DNA of 64,000 bases from IMG/VR virus record IMGVR_UViG_3300028840_002190. The stretch is one strand, 5' to 3'. The position numbers and the translations under genes were made by a program. This stretch comes from a virus. This document shows positions 56,609 to 63,670 of the stretch, one piece after another (position 1 is the stretch's first letter; every line of letters begins with the position of its first letter). Under the pieces are notes generated by a model, which saw nothing but the letters and a program-made list of their open reading frames with translations, ran no database searches and was not told the origin of the DNA.

Positions 56609-57996
56609 GACAGCAGCTCCAAAAGCTCCTGATTCAGCTTACGCTTCTGCTCTGACATGTTCGCAAGAACTTGCTCTACGCCGTCAGGCTTTGCCCCGAA
56701 CGCCCGTCCAAGAAGTCCTGGACGCGGGTAAGTGAGATAGCGCTGCACCTTTACGTTACGCTGGCTAGGGGGAAGGTGCGCGTGCGATTTGTGACGGATG
56801 GCACGCCCGATGACCTGTTCCAACTTCTCTTCGTTCCAGTGTGGCTCGAGAACCTGAACCTGACGCGTACCCTTGAGATCAAGGCCTTCTCCGCCAGCCG
56901 AAGAGACTAGGAGTGCTTTGATCTTACCGGCGTTGTAGTCCTCAACTGCCTGCTGCCGTACCTTCTTTGGAACCTTCCCTGAAAAGATGGCGTGTGGAAT
57001 TTTCTTCTTGTCGAGCTCTTTAGCGTAGCCTTGGAGGGTGTCGAGGTAGTTCGAGTAGACTACCGCTTTGTGTTTAGAATTTCCCTTCACCTCAGTGGTG
57101 AGATCCTGCAATGCGCGTTCTAGCTTAGGCGTAAGACCTTCGGCTTTAAGGTCCTTCTGGAAACGCTTCATAGACCCGCTGAGTTGTCGCGTCTGAGACT
57201 GAAACTGGTTGAGCTTCGGAAGGTCCTTCTTCTCCGGTGGTAGCCCTGCTTTGAGACGCGCTCGAGATGTCCAAGGAAGCTGCTCCCACGCGAAGTTGTG
57301 GAGCTTAGTCTGCGCAGGGGACATCATGACATCGACACGCTCATCCACCCGATCCGGGAACTCGCCTCCCTGAAGATCCTGGTAGTCCACCCACTTCTGG
57401 AGGACCTTCTTCAGTTCCTTCTTGTTCATGAGTTTCGGGCGCTTCGTTGTCCACGGCATCGTCGCCCAAAAACCCTTGCCAGGCTCCTTGATGTACTTCT
57501 GCTTGAACTCTGCGTCTGTAGGGAGAACCTTATCACCTGCAGCGATGTTCACCAGCGCAGCAATATCCCCTGGACGGTTGTAAACGGGAGTCGCAGTCAA
57601 AAGGAGACGCTTCTCCGCAGGGTAATTACGGAGGAACTGGTTGATCTTGGTCTTCGTCTCTCGCGCCCGGTGAGCCTCATCAACGATTAGGAGTTTCACA
57701 GGATCCGCGTCACCACGCAGTACGGCTCGCTGTACGCTCCCGATATCGACTGGCGTCTTCTGATCTGTGTGTTTCTCCAGCTCCTTAGCGTAATTCGCAA
57801 CAAGAGCGGCGGGAACAAGAGCCTTAGCCTCGCCTTCCGCGTCGGCCACCCCGATAGACGTAAGCGTCTTACCGGTGCCGAGACCGTGAGCGACAACAAG
57901 CCCAGAAGCGTTACGCATACGGTCAAGCACCCGCTTCTGGTGCTCCATCAACTCCGTGTTGACCTTGGCGATCTTCGACTGGAGAGTAGTATCCAT
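56605..57996 (-). CDS. SNF2/SF2 helicase, poxvirus D6/D11-like
   Basis: HGLGTGKT, DEAH, LTATP, SSAGGEGLDLK, EPHWN, EQVIGRAIRHKSH. Confidence 0.85.
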   Translation of the reverse strand: MDTTLQSKIAKVNTELMEHQKRVLDRMRNASGLVVAHGLGTGKTLTSIGVADAEGEAKALVPAALVANYAKELEKHTDQKTPVDIGSVQRAVLRGDADPVKLLIVDEAHRARETKTKINQFLRNYPAEKRLLLTATPVYNRPGDIAALVNIAAGDKVLPTDAEFKQKYIKEPGKGFWATMPWTTKRPKLMNKKELKKVLQKWVDYQDLQGGEFPDRVDERVDVMMSPAQTKLHNFAWEQLPWTSRARLKAGLPPEKKDLPKLNQFQSQTRQLSGSMKRFQKDLKAEGLTPKLERALQDLTTEVKGNSKHKAVVYSNYLDTLQGYAKELDKKKIPHAIFSGKVPKKVRQQAVEDYNAGKIKALLVSSAGGEGLDLKGTRQVQVLEPHWNEEKLEQVIGRAIRHKSHAHLPPSQRNVKVQRYLTYPRPGLLGRAFGAKPDGVEQVLANMSEQKRKLNQELLELLS

Positions 57997-58811
57997 CAGC
58001 CCGCTTCCGTCGAAGTGAAATAGCGGTGCGGAGAATTACGGATCGTATCCGCCAAATCTAACTGGGAATCGCTGCCGTCAAGAGCTTTCCACCCCTTGTC
58101 CCCATAGCCTTTCATTTCCCCTTCCAGGAGTTCCAAAAGTTTCTCTTTAGACAGGTAACCCTTTCCCGTAGGGGAGTCCGTAAAACCTTCGTGCTCGCTT
58201 CCCCCTACGAGCTGAGGAACACCTACATACTTATCAAACCACCCCAACTCCTGACCCTTGAACGGATCAGCGGAGAAGTCATAAGTATCTCCCGGGTAGG
58301 GGTGTTCGGCTTCGTACTTATCGTAGAACTCTCGGCGCTTCTGCCGATGAGCGTTATACGCGTCCCTCTCTCGAGGGTCTACCGACCCCTTAGCGCCACC
58401 TCCACGCGTCAACGACCCGATCTGTGCGCCACCCAGGCCCCCTGTCAACAGTCCGATAGCGCCCCCGGTAGCTGCTCGGGATAAGGGGCGCCCCTTGAGG
58501 GCAGCCAGACCGACTCCCGCACCTAACAACCCTCCTAAACCCGAGCCGATGAGCGCACCTTTACGTACTGCAGGATGCGTTACACGCAGACTCGGGACTT
58601 TCATCGTACCCACCGCCTCGTCCGCAGCAGCTTCGCGATCCTTCTCGTAGGAATACAGGGCCTTCTCGGCCTGTAGCGCCTTTTGTCGTTCCTGCTGGAA
58701 GGTGTCCAGGTCGTCGAAACCTACGATATTCTGCCAGTACCCTGCGGTCTTATCGAGGCCGAAACCCCTCAAAACGGAAGCTATACCTTGCGCGTATGGA
58801 ACGTTTCTCAT
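57996..58811 (-). CDS. Glycine-zipper protein with leader ending DKTA (putative internal virion protein)
   Basis: GGAGG RBS; MRNVPYAQGIASVLRGFGLDKTAG; two GxxxG tracts. Confidence 0.7.
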   Translation of the reverse strand: MRNVPYAQGIASVLRGFGLDKTAGYWQNIVGFDDLDTFQQERQKALQAEKALYSYEKDREAAADEAVGTMKVPSLRVTHPAVRKGALIGSGLGGLLGAGVGLAALKGRPLSRAATGGAIGLLTGGLGGAQIGSLTRGGGAKGSVDPRERDAYNAHRQKRREFYDKYEAEHPYPGDTYDFSADPFKGQELGWFDKYVGVPQLVGGSEHEGFTDSPTGKGYLSKEKLLELLEGEMKGYGDKGWKALDGSDSQLDLADTIRNSPHRYFTSTEAG

Positions 58812-58834
58812 CCTGGTCCTCCAAGATTTACTAA

Positions 58835-58844
58835 GTAAATATAC
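58835..58844 (-). promoter_or_regulatory. GTATATTTAC -10-like element
   Basis: Between the terminator and the RBS of 58811. Confidence 0.4.
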
Positions 58845-58856
58845 GACGAACTCGAA

Positions 58857-58889
58857 GCAAAAGAAATGCCCTCGGAGAGAAGGCATTTC
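58857..58889 (-). terminator. Intrinsic terminator
   Basis: GAAATGCC/GGCATTTC stem then TTTTG on the minus strand, after the lipoprotein stop. Confidence 0.65.
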
Positions 58890-58897
58890 CAGGAACG

Positions 58898-59701
58898 TCA
58901 CGGCTCGAGACAAGCGTGGTAATCAGGATCGCAGTAGTAACCGTCGGGGCAGGTGGACTGGTAGTCGCAGCCGGTGGTGGCGCAAACCTGGCCGATGTAG
59001 GAGGAAACGCAAGTAGCGTCAGAAATCGTCTCTTCACAGAGGAGAGGGTTCGACTCGCAACTCGTAGTGGCGGACATGCTGAAACAGAGGCCCTCCGGAA
59101 GCACCGATGAGCACTCACCATTGTTGTACCCCTCGAACGTCTCACAGGGGACCGGCATACAGAACTCCGCGCAGTACTTGTCACCGGGGTCGGGATACCC
59201 GATCACGCACGTGTTGCCGTCGTCACAGACGTCGCCTTCGCAGCAGGGTTCGTCGGGGGAGCCGCAGTAGTCGTCTGTATCCAATCCTGAATCAGTGCCA
59301 GCATCACTTCCAGTGTCAGTATCCCCCACACTGTCAGTGCCAACATCGGTGTCGGCGTCAGTATCTGCGTCACTGTCAGCATCAGAATCAGCGTCACTGT
59401 CAGCATCAGAATCAGCGTCAGAATCAGCGTCAGCGTCAGTATCCGTGTCTGCATCTGCGTCACCCTCACCTGTGTCCTCCTCCGTACCTGTATCCGCGTC
59501 CGCATCCGTGTCGGCGTCGGCATCAGCGTCGGTGTCAGTGTCTACGTCGCTATCTCCGCCATCAGAGATAGGTTCTCCGGTGTCATCCACGTAACTCGTG
59601 TCACCTCCCCCTCCATCCGCGTCTTCGAACGTGTAGTCCCCCATCATCAGCGAACAACCGCTGACGAGGAACATGCCCAGAACCAGTACCAACGTCTTCA
59701 T
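58898..59701 (-). CDS. Lipoprotein with Asp/Ala/Thr/Ser repeat linker and Cys-rich C-terminal domain
   Basis: GGAGG RBS; MKTLVLVLGMFLVSGC lipobox; DTDADAD/DSDAD repeats; about 16 Cys in the C-terminal domain. Confidence 0.8.
   Translation of the reverse strand: MKTLVLVLGMFLVSGCSLMMGDYTFEDADGGGGDTSYVDDTGEPISDGGDSDVDTDTDADADADTDADADTGTEEDTGEGDADADTDTDADADSDADSDADSDADSDADSDADTDADTDVGTDSVGDTDTGSDAGTDSGLDTDDYCGSPDEPCCEGDVCDDGNTCVIGYPDPGDKYCAEFCMPVPCETFEGYNNGECSSVLPEGLCFSMSATTSCESNPLLCEETISDATCVSSYIGQVCATTGCDYQSTCPDGYYCDPDYHACLEP
59340..59560. repeat. Low-complexity hexamer repeats encoding D-x dipeptides, including a perfect 24-bp tandem duplication
   Basis: GTCACTGTCAGCATCAGAATCAGC at 59369-59392 and 59393-59416. 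Confidence 0.85.
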
Positions 59702-59819
59702 GGCTGTCCTCCAGTTGAAAAGTGTAGCAGACCTTTTCCGTACACACTTACTTGTACCGGGTTTGTAGAGGCGTTTCTGGAAGCCAAAAAGACGCCGGGG
59801 GAGGCGTCTAGAAGGGAGA

Positions 59820-60107
59820 TCAGTCGTCAAACTCCTCGATGAATTCTACGTGAGTGTCGACGTCCAAGACGACGCTCTTGAGGTCTTTCACTCGGAACAC
59901 AGCACCCTGAACAGAGTGGGCGTGGGAACAGGCACAATTTCCAACACCGTCAGGGAGGTCGAGAGCGTCAACGGTGTCCATGTCCTGGTTGGAAGTCAGG
60001 AACTCCGACACATCACGCATGTTGTTAAACGTATCGACACTGAGGTCCTGTCCGCATATCACCAAGAACTGCTCATTCTTCTTAACTTGTTTTTTCGCTT
60101 TAGCCAT
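59820..60107 (-). CDS. Hypothetical protein
   Basis: 95 aa, coupled start/stop overlap. Confidence 0.55.
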   Translation of the reverse strand: MAKAKKQVKKNEQFLVICGQDLSVDTFNNMRDVSEFLTSNQDMDTVDALDLPDGVGNCACSHAHSVQGAVFRVKDLKSVVLDVDTHVEFIEEFDD

Positions 60108-60433
60108 CAGTTGATCTCCACTTCTCCGTTGACCCAGCCCTCCTGTAAGTCTGCGTCACGTGCAAACTCGGCACGCACCGCAAAGGACTCGACCTCGTCC
60201 CAGTTCATGTTGTTGCGCGCCCAGTCTTTGATCTCACTCTCCGACTGGAACAGATCCAGGGTGTCTTCCATCGCCACTACGAACGACATATCATTATCGG
60301 GATCCTCCGCGTAGGACTGTGCACGGATTGCAACGATAACCCACACGGGGATCTTCCAGACACTACCGTCCGGCATCGTCACCACGTACATTCGAGAGAG
60401 TGGGGCACTCAACTGCTCTTGGGTACAACTCAT
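60107..60433 (-). CDS. Conserved-looking phage hypothetical protein
   Basis: Start MSCTQEQ (ATGA overlap); VTMPDGSVWKIPV...EIKDWARNNMNWDEV. Confidence 0.65.
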   Translation of the reverse strand: MSCTQEQLSAPLSRMYVVTMPDGSVWKIPVWVIVAIRAQSYAEDPDNDMSFVVAMEDTLDLFQSESEIKDWARNNMNWDEVESFAVRAEFARDADLQEGWVNGEVEIN

Positions 60434-60816
60434 GACGGCTCTTTTCCTTTCTTCCACTTCCTGGTCTTGGTGTTCCAATCCGCAGGATTCCCCCCTCCGG
60501 GATACCTGCAGTTCCAACAGACCCATCCATCCGTATGGACCTTCTCGCACGCCTCACACTCCGAGAACGTAGCTGCGGGGCAGTTCCCCATGGCCTCGTC
60601 CAGCTCATCGGCGTACGCCTTGATCTCTCGAAGGCGCTTGCTCTTGGACTTGCGCTCCTCCTTAACCCCCTCGTTGTAGCCTTGCTTGTGGGCGACGGTG
60701 ATCGTATGAAGTAGCTGATCCAAGAGCCAGTCTTTGAAACTATCCGAGATGACCGCTGAACGCTCAATCTCCCTCTTGAATTTGTCCAGGACGTCTGCTG
60801 TCGTTTCCTGCGGCAT
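60430..60816 (-). CDS. Hypothetical protein with Cys pairs
   Basis: Start MPQETT with AAAGGAG RBS; CEAC...CWNC. Confidence 0.6.
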   Translation of the reverse strand: MPQETTADVLDKFKREIERSAVISDSFKDWLLDQLLHTITVAHKQGYNEGVKEERKSKSKRLREIKAYADELDEAMGNCPAATFSECEACEKVHTDGWVCWNCRYPGGGNPADWNTKTRKWKKGKEPS

Positions 60817-61003
60817 GTTCTCTCCTTTCACGTATTGCTTTGAAGTCCGGAGCGTAGTCCCGTAGGTACTGCTCCAGAGTAGCTGCGTACCCGCAATTTC
60901 TACACTGCCCCGGACCTTTGACACGGAGGGCGTCTGCCAAAGGCAGCTCCGCAAAAGTGCGCATACCCTCAGAATCCCGACAACGGGGACACGTTCTATT
61001 CAT
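60764..61003 (-). CDS. Zn-ribbon hypothetical protein
   Basis: CPRC...CRNCG. Confidence 0.5.
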   Translation of the reverse strand: MNRTCPRCRDSEGMRTFAELPLADALRVKGPGQCRNCGYAATLEQYLRDYAPDFKAIRERREHAAGNDSRRPGQIQEGD

Positions 61004-61015
61004 GTTCGTAGCTTT

Positions 61016-61636
61016 CTAGAAAAGGGGGAAGTTCGTGTACGGGACCAGCAAGATCTTGGGAACGAGATACCAGACAACCGCCTCATCCGGTCGAGAAAAG
61101 TCCCCCGCCCAAACGTTGAAGTCTGCGGGTTCGTCGACGATTAAGGCATTCGCATCCTGCATACCTGCAGAGCGGTGCGCCTCTCGGATGTACGCCACGT
61201 ACGTCCTCCCAGTAGGTGGAGGGAAAGGGAGCTTCAAAGCATGGTGTGACGCCATCCCGAGATACTCTCCGTGTTTCCGGAGCCAGTGTATACCCGTGGA
61301 CACCGTCACTAGCTGCCCGTCGTATTCGTAAGATACAGATTCAGGAAGGAGAACACGACAATCACGACGCTCCGCTTGAGACAGGTAACGAACAACATCC
61401 GAACAGCTACTGCACAGAAACTTGTCGTTAAAGGCGACGGTGTGCGTCAAAGGGCCGTTACCACAAACCGAACAGAAAATCGGTTTAGTGGTCGTCCCCT
61501 GCGGATACGTTGTCTCTACCGTCGTCGGCAACGTCGGGTCGCTCGGAATCGTTACCAGACTGTCTCCCTCCAGAGGGATCGTCGTCTCGTGCTGATACGG
61601 CGTCGTCCTCAGTACTTCCAGATCCCCGTTCTTCAT
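61016..61636 (-). CDS. Hypothetical protein with CxxC pairs, ending YTNFPLF
   Basis: TAAGGGAG RBS before MKNGDL. Confidence 0.6.
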   Translation of the reverse strand: MKNGDLEVLRTTPYQHETTIPLEGDSLVTIPSDPTLPTTVETTYPQGTTTKPIFCSVCGNGPLTHTVAFNDKFLCSSCSDVVRYLSQAERRDCRVLLPESVSYEYDGQLVTVSTGIHWLRKHGEYLGMASHHALKLPFPPPTGRTYVAYIREAHRSAGMQDANALIVDEPADFNVWAGDFSRPDEAVVWYLVPKILLVPYTNFPLF

Positions 61637-61859
61637 CGTCATCTCCCTTATAGCGCGACCCCTCGAGCGCAGCCGAGAAGTACTTCTGGATGTCCGGGTT
61701 ATCGGGGTAGATGGTACCGCGCTTCGCAGCGGTTCTACGCACCGTGTGGTACCCCTTAACGGACATGAGGTCAGGCTTTTCACAGCAAACGGTACCCCGG
61801 TCGGAGGTGGTCCCGATGAAGAAGCAGTTCATGCAAACGTAATCAACTATCATTCCCAT
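61485..61859 (-). CDS. Hypothetical Cys-containing protein with a run-on tail
   Basis: AGGAG RBS; CMNC...CC; tail overlaps the next gene. Confidence 0.45.
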   Translation of the reverse strand: MGMIVDYVCMNCFFIGTTSDRGTVCCEKPDLMSVKGYHTVRRTAAKRGTIYPDNPDIQKYFSAALEGSRYKGDDDEERGSGSTEDDAVSARDDDPSGGRQSGNDSERPDVADDGRDNVSAGDDH

Positions 61860-62343
61860 CAGAATTGTCTCCTAGGTCCACAATTGTGACCCTGTCAGGG
61901 GCGATGGGGATATTGACATCGAACACAATTTCCCCACCTGGTTTTACGGTAGTACTTGTTATTCCCGGGGACGGTAACGAATTGTCACTTAAGAAATGTT
62001 CTAGTTGTCTCTGTACTGCGCCCTTGACCCTCTCCTTGGTCTCATTAGCAAAAACCTCCATGAGAGAACCCTCGATAGGATAAGGGTCTTCAAGACCTAA
62101 TGGAGGATCTGGGAGAGGCATCCAGTACTCCACAGGTATCGCCCCCGTATGGTACATGTGCATATCAAGCTCAAATGTGTCAGATGCACTAACATACGTC
62201 ATCAGCAAATACCCAGGCCACACCAAACACCGCTGCCCGTCCTCAGGCCGCTGGTCAACGAATTTGATCCAGAGGTTATCCTGCTCTTCGTAGTCGTCAG
62301 CGCAGTCCCAGTCTACGTTCGACCCATCCTCTTGTTTCGTCAT
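61843..62343 (-). CDS. DUF551-like domain protein
   Basis: WIKFVDQRPEDGQRCLVW...EYWMPLPDPP. Confidence 0.65.
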   Translation of the reverse strand: MTKQEDGSNVDWDCADDYEEQDNLWIKFVDQRPEDGQRCLVWPGYLLMTYVSASDTFELDMHMYHTGAIPVEYWMPLPDPPLGLEDPYPIEGSLMEVFANETKERVKGAVQRQLEHFLSDNSLPSPGITSTTVKPGGEIVFDVNIPIAPDRVTIVDLGDNSDGNDS

Positions 62344-62797
62344 GAAGCAACATCTTTCCTTTGTGCTTCTTATACCACGCTTTAACTCCGTTAGGACCCT
62401 CTAAACCCCCGTGTCCTTGTGCCCGAGAAGCACCGAACCAGTCGGCTACCATCTCTCTACGCGCGGCATCAGACATCGGTAGTACCTTCCGCCCTCCACC
62501 GTCCGTCGGGAGTACCCACCACTGCCAATGGTGGTCGTTACGCTTCTGGTGCAACAACCACGCGAAGTCGAAAAGTGCATTCCCCGTGTCTGTTGGTTTG
62601 TAGTAACCAGTCTCGTCACGAACCTGCTTGGCCTTCTTCCCGTAAAAGAAGTCCGTATACGGGAACCATTCAGAAGGCAAAAACTTACTGGAGTCGTGTA
62701 CTAGGCCTCTAAAATAGAGCCCCTCCCGGAAGCACGCCTGCGCCACGTAGAGCTTGTGACGCAGAACGTACTTCAGATAGTTAACGTGCTTACCCAT
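62297..62797 (-). CDS. DUF5662-like HD-superfamily protein
   Basis: RHKLYV, VHDSSKF, HQKRNDHHWQWW, EMVADW. Confidence 0.7.
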   Translation of the reverse strand: MGKHVNYLKYVLRHKLYVAQACFREGLYFRGLVHDSSKFLPSEWFPYTDFFYGKKAKQVRDETGYYKPTDTGNALFDFAWLLHQKRNDHHWQWWVLPTDGGGRKVLPMSDAARREMVADWFGASRAQGHGGLEGPNGVKAWYKKHKGKMLLHDETRGWVERRLGLR

Positions 62798-62799
62798 GG

Positions 62800-63054
62800 C
62801 TAGTCATCCACCTCTTCGTCGTCCGTGTTCTCGAAAGTCCACACCGCAAGACCGATAGGCTCCATGTGCTCGAAAGCGCAGCGGTAGTACGCGATACCGC
62901 TCCCATTGATACCGTTAGACCCAGGACCGAGAACCGCCCCCTGAGCACCGAAGGACTTCGGCTCAGTAACGACCATGAAGCATCCTCCGAACATAGGGTC
63001 GTGCTCGGGATCGATCTGGACGACGTCTCCTGCTTTCAGTTCAGTCTTTTGCAT
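62800..63054 (-). CDS. Small SH3-like hypothetical protein
   Basis: LKAGDVVQIDP...GCFMVVTEPKSFGAQG. Confidence 0.6.
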   Translation of the reverse strand: MQKTELKAGDVVQIDPEHDPMFGGCFMVVTEPKSFGAQGAVLGPGSNGINGSGIAYYRCAFEHMEPIGLAVWTFENTDDEEVDD

Positions 63055-63072
63055 GTCTGCCTCCCTTGGTCA

Positions 63073-63507
63073 TTACTGACTGTTCTTAACCTTTATGATG
63101 TCCGCGACGACACACTCCAGGCACATACGCCGCTGCTTCTCGTACTCGCGTTTCAGTGCGGCGAGGCTGCTCTCACACTCCATGAGACCGTCGTACGTGG
63201 ATTCACAGCGGCGCATCTCCTTGTCCACCTGCTCCTGCCAGTCCACAAGGATGTCCCAGCAGACGATCTCTCGGGACTCCTCGACGTAGCGGTCGATGTC
63301 CTCCATGCACTCGGCCCAGGCGTTCTTCCATTCCATGACTCGCTCAGTCTCGGGCTTGTTACCTTGGAATTCCCAACACTCCCGAGCGGAGGACTCGTAA
63401 TAGGAGCATTCGGACCCCCACTGGTACCAGTTAAACGCCCAAAGACCGAGGAGGAAGATGTACCCCACTATCAAGATGTTGTACCGACGCTTGTAGTAAT
63501 CGCTCAT
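63073..63507 (-). CDS. Membrane-anchored coiled-coil protein
   Basis: Start MSDYYK with GAGGAGG RBS; one TM helix then a Cys-containing coiled coil. Confidence 0.6.
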   Translation of the reverse strand: MSDYYKRRYNILIVGYIFLLGLWAFNWYQWGSECSYYESSARECWEFQGNKPETERVMEWKNAWAECMEDIDRYVEESREIVCWDILVDWQEQVDKEMRRCESTYDGLMECESSLAALKREYEKQRRMCLECVVADIIKVKNSQ

Positions 63508-63512
63508 GCACC

Positions 63513-63668
63513 CTACCTCCTCGCAGTCGGTATCGACACCCAGAGCTCCCAACCCTGACCGAAGGCCATGCTGTACTCATCAAGCATCGCCTCCGCCACG
63601 CTCCGGTCGTCGAACTCGTCGATCTCTTCGACGTCTCCGCCGTTATACCTTCCCATGATTTTGAACAT
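63513..63668 (-). CDS. 51-aa hypothetical protein (MFKIMGRYNGGDVEEIDEF...EYSMAFGQGWELW)
   Basis: GGAGTGG upstream; below the track cutoff. Confidence 0.6.
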   Translation of the reverse strand: MFKIMGRYNGGDVEEIDEFDDRSVAEAMLDEYSMAFGQGWELWVSIPTARR

Positions 63669-63670
63669 GC

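Noticed and set aside
59340-59560. CRISPR array
   Set aside because: The repeats are in-frame D-x codon repeats with no unique spacers
40900-62343. Several 40-160-nt gene overlaps (40900, 41935, 42629, 60816, 61636, 62343) as dual-coding or frameshift signals
   Set aside because: All are in the phase where an upstream stop needs T at a downstream third codon position, which is scarce in GC3-rich genes; the overlapping tails are low-complexity run-ons
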